DNA of 60,726 nucleotides from a virus (Duplodnaviria; Caudoviricetes): IMG/VR virus record IMGVR_UViG_3300045131_000496, positions 1 to 60,726 of that record; one strand, 5' to 3'. Shown piece by piece: positions 38,001 to 48,200 of this stretch (position 1 is its first letter; each line of letters starts with the position of its first letter). The notes under the pieces were generated by a model. It saw only the letters and a program-made list of their open reading frames with translations, ran no database searches and was not told where the DNA came from. The position numbers and the translations under genes were made by a program.

Positions 38001-41000
38001 CAGAACAACTAGCTACGGATAAGAACAAAAAGAAAATTAGTTTTAGTTCTAGTACAGAAGCCTTCAAGACCCAGTATAGGAAGATTGGAGGAAAGCAATT
38101 TGAGATCAATATTAGTTATGACCCAAGCACAAAGAAATGGGTTGCAGATACTACACAAGCCCAGAAACTAGTAGAACTTAAGCAGCATAATGCAGAAGAG
38201 TTAACTAGAGTGTTAACGAAGTACAATACAAAAGCTTCTCAGCTGATTGGGGAGCTACGTAATGAAGGTACTCTAATTATCCCAGAAGCTGGTATTAATA
38301 CTTCTACAGGGATGAGTAAAGCTAGAGCTTTAGACACAGGGCATATCAAAAGTGCCATGACTAGGTTAAGTAATGTTACTGGAACTGCCCCGGGAGTTAC
38401 TAAAGTAATTTTAGATACTCAGAAGAGAAAGAATGAGACTCCTCATAGCAGTAAGTGGGATAATAAGTACGATTACTATAGGGTTAATAGACCTCTTATT
38501 AATAGAGGAGAGTATCACGAAGGTGAAGTAGTATTGCTTAATGCAATGGGTAGTGTAGTGCATAGCAAGTCTAAACGTAGTATTAGTAGTTTGTATCTAG
38601 CTGATTCTATAGCTGCTAAAGAGTTAGGAAAAGCTTTAGATGCCAGATCTACTATTCTACTAGATAGGGATTACATTGCCAGTAAAACCAAAGGATACAA
38701 GAATAAAGAAGGCGTATTTAAGGTTAGTGAACGTGCTGGAGGGTTAAACTCCAAAGGTCAACAAGTCAGTAATTATTTAGAGAGTAAAGGGTACGTACAA
38801 GTCCCTGGAAATCCCGCTCTATTTGTACACGCAGAGAGTAACAAGAAAGCGATAGAGGCTGCAGAAGAGTCACTAAAAGCAGCACAGAAAGAAGCTGCTG
38901 CTTTAGCTAGAGACAAGAAAGCATTAGTAGCGACATCTGCACAGCTAGATTGGTTGTATACTTATAGAGACTCTTTAGATGAGGTAGAGCAAGCTTTAGT
39001 AGATATTATTAGAGTGGCAGAGAAAAAGTATGAGGATCTTCGCAGTAAGTTAGAAAGCAAATTTCAACCTTCAGTACTAGAAGAGTTTAAGCACATGGCA
39101 AGTGTAGAAGAAGGCAGTGTTGAAGAAGATACCGCAGCAGTAGAAGGAGTAGAGTTTGACGGAGATGTCAAAGAAAGCAGCACAGAGCACGAAGATCTAG
39201 ATACCGCACTAGGTAGTGTAGCAGTAGACACTAGGTTAGTTACTGCAGCAGATAGAATGAATAGATATATAGAACGACGTAAAAGAGAGTTAATCGAACA
39301 AGCTGATGACACTTTGAGCATTACCAGTATTGACTTAGGGGTAGAGACCAGAGACGGTGTAGAGTATGTAAAAGGTTTGGATGCTTCCTATAAAGCTATG
39401 ATGGCAGACCTTAAGCGACAAGGTAAAGAGCATTTCCAGGATGTACAAGAAGAAGTACAAGAAGTGCTGAACAAGTGGAAAAAATATGTGGCAGATGGTT
39501 ACAGAGGGGAAGAACTCAGTAGTAAGATTGACAATGACCTAGACGCTATTTCAGACCTAGGTATTGCAGTAGGTAGTGTAAATATCTCGGAAAGTTTACT
39601 AGAGTTATGTATGGGTAAAGGTAAGCCTCAGATATATGAAGTAGTTATGAACGTAATGGGTAAGGATAAAGAGGGTAAGTATACAGTACCCAAAGGTAAA
39701 AGAGTTAGAACAGCTCTTACACAAAGTAGGGCAGATGAGTTAAAAGCAGAATTTGGTACTGTAGTAGACGGTCATGCAGGGAAGATTGTAAAAGAAGAAA
39801 GACTTACATATATTACTACAAGGGCAGTAAGTTTAGATCCTAATGAATATTTAACAGTAGGTAAAAACCCTACACTACTAAGTAAGTTTGCGGTAAGAGT
39901 ATTTGACGCTATTGACGGTCCTACCCAGACTATTATTAAGACTATCGAAAAAGTGCTGGTTAAACCTAGTGGGGTAGAGAAAGGGGATGTAGGGTTTGAG
40001 GTTGTAGATAAAGATGATAACAGTAAGTTCAATATTTACAACTCACCTGCTAGAGCTATCATTTTCAGTACTGCAGGTAAAATATCTCCACAAGTAGCAG
40101 CAGCTATGCATCTAGCCTTAGCAAGCACTATCGTAACGGATAAAAGTAAGCTAGTTAAAGGGTACAAGGATGATGAAGCTATTGCAGCTATGTTTGGTCT
40201 TAATTCAGTTGCTGCGGTTACAAATAGAATGAGAGCTATAGCAAAAGAACACGGAGCACTACGGAAAACAGTAGCTAACTCACTAGGTAAGGAGATATTA
40301 TCTCAGCTAGGTATTAAGGCTAAGAGAGGAGATGATACAGCAATTGGCATGTACGAAGCTATGGCTACAGACCTAGGTAATACAGCACTAGTTATTGCAG
40401 AAGAGATGGGCTTAGTATCTAGCAGCGAAGTTGCTTCCAAAGATATCGCAGAGATGAAGAAAGGGGGTACTAGTGTAGGGTTTACAGGAGAAGAAGTTAC
40501 AAAGTTTGTAAACTTAACTAGTGGTGCAGATGGTAAAAAAGTAAGTGTTAAGGTACAGAAGTACGAAGAAGCTTACCTAGAGTATGATAAGGATATTCCA
40601 GGCATTACTACGTTAAAAGTAGGACCAGAGTTTAGTCCACATACTGATGCAGAAGTAGGTAGAATGGTATCGGAAGTAAGAAACGATATGACTCACAATT
40701 TAGAGATAGCACCTGCTGCTAGAAAAGCTTTAGAAGGCATGATTAACACTAAATTTAAGATAGATGTGGAAGGTGCGGTAGAGCTGATAGAACTATACAA
40801 AAAAGGTGAGGGCATAAAGAGGCAGCTAGGTTGGCTTCCTTTAGAAGGAGAAGAATTTGATAGACTGTCATATGCTAAGAAAGAAGTACAAGAGGCTATT
40901 AACAGAGGTATCGAAAAAAGCTTTAGCAGTTTAGAAGAGCTTATTAAAGCGAAGAATGAAGGTCGTAACGAGCATGATCATGAGAAGGATATCAACGTAT

Positions 41001-43306
41001 GGTTTAGACATTTTTATGCTACCAACGGTCGTTATATGATCGATAGTAACACAGTAAACCCTCATACAGATAAGATACATAGGTTCTTAGTGCAGCCTGC
41101 ATCGTTTAGAGTTACTCATGACATCGAAGGTACTGGTGGGGCTAGGAAGTTTAGCGTTATTAAAAACGGAAAGGTGTATCGTACTAGCCTATACGTTAGA
41201 TTTGCCTTAGCTCAAGCATTTGGTTACGATATTGATAAAAAAGATCCTAATGAGACAGTAGAGTTTGGGAATATGTTGTTGTCGTTGGGCAAGGAGCAAT
41301 TACTAGCGATAAAGAAGACTATTACAGAGAATGATGGTAAAGAAGGAGCAGCAGTAGCAGTTGTTACAGTTAACGGCAAGGCTACTAAATTAAAGGCAGA
41401 CCACATTAGCCATACACTACAAGCTTTAAATTTCTTGATTAAAGCTTCGGGTACTAATAAGGTAACTAGTTCTCTTACAGCAGAGTATGACTCCATTACA
41501 AATGGTTTTGGTAATAAGTTACAGCAGATGCCTATATTAGGTGTAGAAGGGTTTGATGCCAATGTTATGAATGAGCATTTCGCTCGTACAGGAGTATTAG
41601 CTAGTTCGCTTATAGAGAATAAAGAAGAGTTTTTTACTACCTTTCAAGGAGCTATCGTTGGGGGTATTAACTCTATGTTAGGTAATGATAGTACGTTTAA
41701 AGATTCGTACCAGAATCTAGCAGTTACTGTCGGTGAGTATATACAAACGCTAGTAGATAAAATCAAACATGAGGATTTCTGGAAAGAAAAAGGTAAAGTT
41801 AGCCCAGGTAAGCCTACGTCTTCCGTAAAGGTAGCTACTGCTATATTTAACCTACTACCAACCAAGATGGATAGTGAAGGCAAAGTATCTAAAGAGCTAC
41901 GTACGTTGTTCAAAAATCCGTTTATGGTGTTTAACTACGCTGCAGGTATTGCTACTATTAGAGAGAATCTAGGTGAAGAAGTAGTGATGGAATTTTTTGA
42001 AAAGTTATCGAAAGGAGATCAAGAAGTAATAGATGCCTTTGTACAAATGGATACTACTATAACTAAAGCTGACGGCACCAAAGTAAAGATTACTAAAGAC
42101 AATAGCGGGCTTTTAGTAGACTTTGCTAGAAATAATCCTTTTAATAGTTCTAAGCTAGCAATTATGGATAGTACAGCTTCTACGATTTTATTATCAGTAG
42201 TGGATAAGTTGTTCGGAGAGTCTGTAGAAAACACATTTAAGAAAAACTTTGGAGCCTTTATTGAAGTACAGGAAGCTACCAATGATGCGTTTAGGTTGAG
42301 TTTCTTTAGATTTGAGACTAAGTTTAATGAAGCTTTCAAAGAGGTGTCTAAGAAAGGGTATGTTACCGCAGAAGAGGAGAAAGCGATTGTCTCTAATCTA
42401 TGGGATGAATTTCCTTGGATTATGGGACCTCTTAGTGAAGGGAGCAAAGATGTAATTGCGGTAGTTAGTAAAGCAGCTATTACAGATCCTTTACGTGCTG
42501 GTAGAGCTAGTCCATCAGTAAAAGCTATTAAAGGTGGTAAGGAAGTTTCTATTAGTGCTAACACTATTATGTACAAGATGGTAGCTGCTGCGAGTGCAGG
42601 TGCAGTAATTCCTTTCCACTACATAGATGGCGCAGAAATGGCTAAGATGTATAATAGTTTTAAGGATGGCTTAGTAAGTGAAGAGATGGGTATATTAACT
42701 ATCCATGATGCAAAAATGGCTCCTATCCACCATACAGGAGAAACAGGCTGGATGTACAACAGGAGCTTTCATGAAGTAGGTAGAGACTATAATCTTTTAG
42801 ATCAGTTAGAAGAAATGACTAAAAGATGGAAGACGGATGACATGCCAGAAAATACTACAGTTACAGGTTTGAAGATTAGTAAAGGTGATGGCAAGGAGAT
42901 GAAAGCGTTACTTTACGAAAAAGCAGTATTAGATTTACAAAGTAAAATAGCTAGGTTGGCAGATGCTAATAGGAAAGCCAGAGAAGTGTATCAAGCGAAT
43001 AACAAGGAAGGCTCTACTACTAAGTACAAGTATCAGAACCTGATAGGGACTCCTGATCAAATTTACACACCTGGGGAAGAGAAGTATAATGGAGACAAGG
43101 TACTTGACTATTTTGACGGTAGATATAGTACGGTAACGGGTATTGGGGTAGATTCTATGAGTGGAGTTAACGCTGAACCTACAACAGACATACAAGCAAG
43201 GTATGCCTTTATTATGCATCAGTACAATAGTTTAGGTGATAAAGAGCTTATAGCTTATCTAGAAGAAAATTTTAAAGTCGAAAATATTATCAGAGGGTGT
43301 TTCTAA
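35081..43306 (+). CDS. Virion-encapsidated RNA polymerase (N4 gp50-like), N-terminal plus catalytic part
   Basis: TNGRYMI (T/DxxGR), NPHTDKIHR, motif A EYDSITNG, motif B RTLFKNPFMVFNY, HYIDG, motif C TIHDA; only two Cys in 2741 aa. Confidence 0.92.
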   Translation: MLSNYYNNPYIASATLNEPAQGVEDTDETSLAAAKEDKLRKLAEKKATLTADKPFTYEQADYADLTKGTYTVMPDGRKEDNSNKIYNELSPTELQAVKGLGIAKYALEPDKATGKVYMTDLEGNKQEYNGPTERLYMGKGKGPNGEDIFKLGISAPGPTPEAMIGTKWEGMDPSIVRYDSEAAKYFKLGSERKPYGWASGPEGIDTSTMQSVLLPYNVAKVMEATDHGNKSAMANRAVPGLSSEGKERFGQGYGEYYKNGVKGMFGDVNQNLSAEEYDKVMGTADKFLAERIAQQQALDPRNGIVDKAAWEKHVANKQAEYKYNTNSLADNWGNAFKGAAASAGTGVLKLVDALQEAATLPYQAATNAIGRSLDPKYKDRDIDLIKDEWVKAGEGNLDKLFGHDRALTDYASQRAKEEMEKAKIDLTSLDNLTDLATNKERLSHVGDVAGIAAYNPAVVTNSIAEVLGEGGGLKAIGSVALKTMAAVAPNLAKSVEGVLTTNRSDVIAKAKEIKSREDLTDDAKRAAIKEVEKEYTKGKLAVDLLKGSAFSNADAMVRIDNDIDKYKENNEGESPTAGKLLQIAVTDKILAEMNVLSAKSAVGLDTPVSSLSSSAITGAIKQAGAAVLHVTGSIGKEAIQETIDSIGEQVNQKYNSKEFKDATVGDIIRESSTEIALGTVLGGVGGGYMGTVGAIKNNVIGPLVGQAAPTVSAASSAEKSVKTDISQAKEQVGEEVTPAVQYFRTLAEVDKDFKSGVITKDNVVDYIDKLESMQELRYGLKDVPEGLVAYQDARYLNLANHINSFMTDENATDEQLKLQRKLPTTLPDPSTASAPTDATLGSEETTVVGATASSIYSDADRKADAERLLHFAIDSLEFTPDQADIIGSRYSRFAKANGVELERLNTIIKSYAAVEEEASIGRRSWLSYENKLDALMSATVPNTKAIERQYRQLNNWLATTNNAKLDLEEGIAAAEQLATDKNKKKISFSSSTEAFKTQYRKIGGKQFEINISYDPSTKKWVADTTQAQKLVELKQHNAEELTRVLTKYNTKASQLIGELRNEGTLIIPEAGINTSTGMSKARALDTGHIKSAMTRLSNVTGTAPGVTKVILDTQKRKNETPHSSKWDNKYDYYRVNRPLINRGEYHEGEVVLLNAMGSVVHSKSKRSISSLYLADSIAAKELGKALDARSTILLDRDYIASKTKGYKNKEGVFKVSERAGGLNSKGQQVSNYLESKGYVQVPGNPALFVHAESNKKAIEAAEESLKAAQKEAAALARDKKALVATSAQLDWLYTYRDSLDEVEQALVDIIRVAEKKYEDLRSKLESKFQPSVLEEFKHMASVEEGSVEEDTAAVEGVEFDGDVKESSTEHEDLDTALGSVAVDTRLVTAADRMNRYIERRKRELIEQADDTLSITSIDLGVETRDGVEYVKGLDASYKAMMADLKRQGKEHFQDVQEEVQEVLNKWKKYVADGYRGEELSSKIDNDLDAISDLGIAVGSVNISESLLELCMGKGKPQIYEVVMNVMGKDKEGKYTVPKGKRVRTALTQSRADELKAEFGTVVDGHAGKIVKEERLTYITTRAVSLDPNEYLTVGKNPTLLSKFAVRVFDAIDGPTQTIIKTIEKVLVKPSGVEKGDVGFEVVDKDDNSKFNIYNSPARAIIFSTAGKISPQVAAAMHLALASTIVTDKSKLVKGYKDDEAIAAMFGLNSVAAVTNRMRAIAKEHGALRKTVANSLGKEILSQLGIKAKRGDDTAIGMYEAMATDLGNTALVIAEEMGLVSSSEVASKDIAEMKKGGTSVGFTGEEVTKFVNLTSGADGKKVSVKVQKYEEAYLEYDKDIPGITTLKVGPEFSPHTDAEVGRMVSEVRNDMTHNLEIAPAARKALEGMINTKFKIDVEGAVELIELYKKGEGIKRQLGWLPLEGEEFDRLSYAKKEVQEAINRGIEKSFSSLEELIKAKNEGRNEHDHEKDINVWFRHFYATNGRYMIDSNTVNPHTDKIHRFLVQPASFRVTHDIEGTGGARKFSVIKNGKVYRTSLYVRFALAQAFGYDIDKKDPNETVEFGNMLLSLGKEQLLAIKKTITENDGKEGAAVAVVTVNGKATKLKADHISHTLQALNFLIKASGTNKVTSSLTAEYDSITNGFGNKLQQMPILGVEGFDANVMNEHFARTGVLASSLIENKEEFFTTFQGAIVGGINSMLGNDSTFKDSYQNLAVTVGEYIQTLVDKIKHEDFWKEKGKVSPGKPTSSVKVATAIFNLLPTKMDSEGKVSKELRTLFKNPFMVFNYAAGIATIRENLGEEVVMEFFEKLSKGDQEVIDAFVQMDTTITKADGTKVKITKDNSGLLVDFARNNPFNSSKLAIMDSTASTILLSVVDKLFGESVENTFKKNFGAFIEVQEATNDAFRLSFFRFETKFNEAFKEVSKKGYVTAEEEKAIVSNLWDEFPWIMGPLSEGSKDVIAVVSKAAITDPLRAGRASPSVKAIKGGKEVSISANTIMYKMVAAASAGAVIPFHYIDGAEMAKMYNSFKDGLVSEEMGILTIHDAKMAPIHHTGETGWMYNRSFHEVGRDYNLLDQLEEMTKRWKTDDMPENTTVTGLKISKGDGKEMKALLYEKAVLDLQSKIARLADANRKAREVYQANNKEGSTTKYKYQNLIGTPDQIYTPGEEKYNGDKVLDYFDGRYSTVTGIGVDSMSGVNAEPTTDIQARYAFIMHQYNSLGDKELIAYLEENFKVENIIRGCF

Positions 43307-45231
43307 TGAATTGCGAAGCAGATGCTCTAGTAGGGGCTATTGATTGGTTTTATAAGAATAAAGCCAATAACGGGGAAAAGGTTAATGAAAGTAATAAGAA
43401 AAAAGCCGAAGATTTTATTAGTCTTTTGCGAGCTACCTTTCCAGAACCTTTTGAAAAAGGTGCTAATGCAGTAGCGAAGGCATTAAAAAACAAAAAAGAA
43501 AACCCGTCTCTGTCTGTTAACTATAAAGGTAAAAAGTCAGGCATATCTAAAAAAGAGGCTATGGAAATAGTGTCTGGTATGTCTTTAGAGGCTAAAAAGC
43601 TAGTAGAGAAGGGTAAAGTACAGTTTGTAGATAATACTTTTATTGCTAATCTACTGCAACATACTGCCGATAATTTTGGGTTTAATTCAAGAACCCTAGA
43701 TGATATAAAAGAGGATTTTAGACTTTCGATTATTGGAACTAGCTCTAGGAAAGCAAGAAATGAAGGCTTATCAGCAGCAGTAAACGGAGGTAAAGACACT
43801 GGTTGGGAGCTAGGTTTAGACGGAAATTTTAAGTATAGGATAAAATCTAGACCACAATTAAAAGTAGCTAATTTCAAAGCCGGTGTTTACGTGTTACCTG
43901 ATTTAGTGGACTATCCAGAACTGTTCAAAGAGTACCCTTATTTAGAAAAATTAAAAGTACGCTTAATAGAAGATAATCAAACAGAAGTTACTGGAGAATA
44001 TAGTGTATTAGATGACGTTACAGTCAATATAGCTAGGCTTAATACTAATTCTCTAGACCAAAGTTTTTTAGAGGCGCTTGGTCACGAAGTTCAGCATTCA
44101 ATTCAGTTTACAGAGATGTGGGATAGCGGTAGTAATATCAATTCTTTTAAAACAAGTAGCAGAACTTCTGTTATTGCAGAAGATTACCAAAAGATTTTCA
44201 AAGCTCTTGATAGGTTAAAGGCAGATCGTCCAGAGCTTTACGATAGTTTAGTAGGTTTGTTGAAAAATGCAGATTTACAAAAGGTAGCAACTAGTGATGT
44301 AGGTAAGTTACTACTTGCTTACTCAGGACGTACTAGTGAAGAGTTTGTTACAAGATTAGGTAAAAGGCTACAAAACATAGTCACCAATGAAAATGGTACA
44401 GAACTTATGGGCTGGGTTGCTCAAGAGGTTTACTTAGAAGGTTATGGTGAAGTTGAAGTTAGAGCTGCAGGAAGGCATTGGTCAGGATTAGATAATTATA
44501 ATGTAACAGATGCTAATCCTTCAGTAACTGTAAATAGAAGCGCTAGAGAGCTGCCTGTTGTAAGTGCAGTGCAAGGTGCTTACGTAAGAAGTGATAATGC
44601 AGGTTTAGGAGATCCTAGAACTAGTTACATCAATATTAATGCGGTAGATAAAGATAGTATTAAAGGCGTATTTTTACATGAGGTAGGGGTGCATGCTTTT
44701 ATCGATATGCTGAAAAGTAAGCGTTACGATAAAGAAGTAGCACAAGTGCTAGATTTAGCTACTAGATTGTTAGAAAGAGGATCAGCAAGCAGTAATAAAA
44801 AAGTAAGAGATTTTTTTACTGGGGTAGAGCTACGGTTAGCAAAAAGTAAAAGTTTAGGCAACTTAGAGGAAGTATTGGCGTACATTATAGAAGAAGCAGT
44901 AAATGTGCTAAAAGAAGATAAATTAGTAGATATTAACAGTACTATGGAATCAGTAACGGCTCAAATAAGTAAGTACATATCACCAGTAGTAGCAAAATTA
45001 ATCGAGGAAGTAGTGAAACTAGTGGATAAGTACTGGAAAAAAATATCAGGAGATATAGGTGATATACAAATTCAGTTGGACCTAGATAACTTATTACTGT
45101 TTGCGCAAGAAGGGGTAAGATCAGTTAGTGAAGGTAAAGTAGTAGAACTAGTATCCTTGGATAGAGCTTCTAGTGACAACGCTTTAGCTAGACTGTATAA
45201 TAGTATCATCAATAATACTTTATGCGAGTAA
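43306..45231 (+). CDS. Polyvalent-protein-type ORF: LPD23-like domain plus two zincin (HExxH/HExxxH) motifs (start revised to ATG 43306)
   Basis: TGWELGLDGNFKYRI..LPDLVDYPELFKEYPYL..HEVQHSIQ..E..GSN..GEVEVR; FLHEVGVH..EEVLAY; TAATG coupling with AGAGGG RBS. Confidence 0.7.
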   Translation: MNCEADALVGAIDWFYKNKANNGEKVNESNKKKAEDFISLLRATFPEPFEKGANAVAKALKNKKENPSLSVNYKGKKSGISKKEAMEIVSGMSLEAKKLVEKGKVQFVDNTFIANLLQHTADNFGFNSRTLDDIKEDFRLSIIGTSSRKARNEGLSAAVNGGKDTGWELGLDGNFKYRIKSRPQLKVANFKAGVYVLPDLVDYPELFKEYPYLEKLKVRLIEDNQTEVTGEYSVLDDVTVNIARLNTNSLDQSFLEALGHEVQHSIQFTEMWDSGSNINSFKTSSRTSVIAEDYQKIFKALDRLKADRPELYDSLVGLLKNADLQKVATSDVGKLLLAYSGRTSEEFVTRLGKRLQNIVTNENGTELMGWVAQEVYLEGYGEVEVRAAGRHWSGLDNYNVTDANPSVTVNRSARELPVVSAVQGAYVRSDNAGLGDPRTSYININAVDKDSIKGVFLHEVGVHAFIDMLKSKRYDKEVAQVLDLATRLLERGSASSNKKVRDFFTGVELRLAKSKSLGNLEEVLAYIIEEAVNVLKEDKLVDINSTMESVTAQISKYISPVVAKLIEEVVKLVDKYWKKISGDIGDIQIQLDLDNLLLFAQEGVRSVSEGKVVELVSLDRASSDNALARLYNSIINNTLCE

Positions 45232-45234
45232 CCT

Positions 45235-48200
45235 ATGAGCTCATGCCGTTCACAAACTAAACAAGAGATAGAAGCAGTAAAAAATGACTACAAAGCTAAA
45301 CTAGTCGAAGGTAGGGTATTAGCTTCTGACGGTACTTCTTACGAAGCTAGTTACAAGGCTATAGAGAGTGCGGACTCAGTAGATTCTTTTATTAAAGGAT
45401 CTAATCTTAGACTAGGTAGAAGTACTATTACCAACAACTTCATAGAAGAGCTAGGAGAAGTTCTAGCTATAGATAGAACTAGTTCTAATGGGACCAAGAG
45501 AGTTAAGGCAGAAGTTCTTAACGTCAAAGTAATAGACGATGTTACTATTCTAGCAGCTAAAGTTGATAATGAAGTAGAAGTTATTAGTTTTAATAGGTAC
45601 GGAGAATCTACCGAAGTAGGCGGTATAAAATATGAGATTCCAGGATTAAAAGCAGCAGTAGAGTCTATCAAGAATAAAGGTAGAAGAGTAAAGCTAAGTA
45701 GTGAAGCAAAGGAGCTGCTGCAAGGGAACATAGATTTAGGCAGTAGTTCACAAAAAGGGTTAGTAGATTTACGGGACTATGTAAAACAAGAAGATTATGA
45801 GCATGGTAACGTAGAGCATATGGTAGGTATGCTGCATAAGTTGAATGGTATTAGTAGAAACCCCTCTACACAAGAGTTTATACAACACGCAGAAGGACTA
45901 TTAAAAGGGTTACATAACCATTTTTTACGTGGTATGAATTTGTACCTAAGAGAGAACGCAGATACCAGTTCAGGGGTAGTCTCCTTGGCAAATAACGCTA
46001 TTGCTATCAAAGTAGGAAAAGATAAACCAAAAAGTACCTATGCTACTGATGCAGAGGTGTACCTAGAAGAGGTACTACATACAGCTACAGCTTTTGCTTT
46101 TAGAAATAACAGTAATGAATCTAATAAGTTAATTAGAGAGTTACGTTACTTAGTTACTACAGCTCAGGCTAAAACTAGTTGGAAAGATTTACTTAGGGTG
46201 CAGGAAAGTACGGCTACAGAAGAAGACATTAAAAACGCTAAGGAGCTGTACAAGTATGTATTTAGTAGTGAGAATGCAGATGAAGAGTTCTTAGCTAAGG
46301 GTTTATCTAACCCAGCAGTATACAAGCATTTTCAGTCTATTAATGTACTAGGTTCAGAAGGTAAAGCTACTACAATGTATCAGAAGATTATGGATTTCTT
46401 TTACAAGTTGATGGATGTAGTACTAGGTAGGTATAACTTTGCAGATAGCAGTAAGAGTGCAGCAGACAAATTGACAGAGTTAGCTATTGGGCTCAGTGAA
46501 GTTAACTGGAGAGCTCAAAGCAAGGTAGAGGATATTGGCGTATTAGGCACTATTAATGATAGTATTAATGACCTAGATAATGCTATTGCAGGTAAGCTAA
46601 AAGAGTTTTACGATAATGTACTATCTAATGATGATCCTATAGAGAGACTGCCTCCAGACGCTAGTGTAGTAGAAAAAACATTGTTTATGGCTAAATTTAT
46701 TGGTAAAGCAGTAACTAACAAAGAGTACAGAAAAGCTATGGCTTTAGTTGCTGATGGGTTAGGACTGAAACAAGAAGGTACAGTACAGGAGTTTTTAGCT
46801 ACACAATTTGAAGAGAGCGAGTCCAAACAAGCAGCAAACTGGTTAAAGTTAGCTAATGATATGATTGATAATCAAAGAAACTTAGTTATATCAAGTACAG
46901 AGAATCACATTAAGAAAGCTTTTACTAGACCACTGTCAGAAGCAGAAGAAGTAGCTATTACTAGAGCGTTAATCGATACTAACCTAGGGCATTTAGCGTA
47001 TTATAGAGATAATGATAAAGGAGTTACTAACGCAAGACTACGAGAGTGGTTGACAGATGATAAAGTGTTGTTGAATCATATATATGAAGTACGGCAGAGG
47101 GTTCTAGACTCTTTATCCAAAACACCAGAAAGAGCTAATTGGGTAGCTAATCAGGCGCATGGTTTAGGGTATTATATGGCTACAGGTTTGACTAACGAAC
47201 AACAAAACCTTAGTGGCTTAAACATTGTAAGAGGTATTGGTACTAACCAAAGATTTGAAATAGACGATACACTACTAGCTAATGTAAAAGAGTTAGCAAC
47301 ACTAAATGCTGTTAGATATACTAACCAAGAATATAGGAATACTCTTGCTGAGTTGTTAAAGACAGAGTACGAAGGAGTTAAAAGAGTAGCTAATATCTAC
47401 GAAGCTTTCAAAAACGACTCTAGTAACAAGTTATTTAGTAAAGATCCTATTCACATGATTGATGGATACTCTAAGGAACTATTTGACGATACGGTAGTAC
47501 AAGCAGTAGTTCCTATTAGCAGAAAGCAAGAGATGGAAGATGCAGGGTATAGATACGTAGGTAAGTTGCCTAAGCATGCTTCTATAGTAGATGGTGATGC
47601 CTTAGGGGTGTTTATCTCAGAGGGGTATACTAAGGTAGAGAGGCTTAGAGGAGCAGTAAATCTAGGGGGGCTATCAGCTAAGGGTAGCTCGCTTAAAGAG
47701 CAGAAATATAACGAAAATCCAGTATTAGCAGGTGCTTTGTTTGAAAGAGATTTAATACGTTTACAGAGAGCTTCAAACAAAATAGCCATAGAAATGACTA
47801 AGAGTAGTTATGACCCAGCCAAACACGTTACTGGAGTTTCCCCAGTTTACGATAATATGGGAGAAGTAACAGACTTTAGGTATGTAGCCAGCAAACGTAA
47901 TAAAGAAGAGTGGTTAGGTCAGAACCTCAAAGTTTCAGAAGTACTAGCTAGAAGTATGGGATCGGTAGTAGATAAGACACATAAAGAGGTACAGAACAAA
48001 AGAGTACTAGAGTTTCTTAAGAAAACAATGGAAGAGCAATGGGAAGGAGGAGAACTAGGTAAAGATACGATTACCAAGTTTACACTTATAGGTCCTAGAG
48101 TTGCAGATCGTAAGATGAGAGAAACTTATCAGATGCTACCATCTAACATTAGAGAATGGGTATCTAACAGACCAGATCAGACATTAGCAGTTCCTAGTGA

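Noticed and set aside
2356-47789. Many minus-strand ORFs opposite the late genes (e.g. 2356-2832, 7650-8099, 12832-13386, 33712-34242, 42019-42576)
   Set aside because: Fully antisense to well-supported genes, with S/L/V-rich shadow composition and no recognisable motifs
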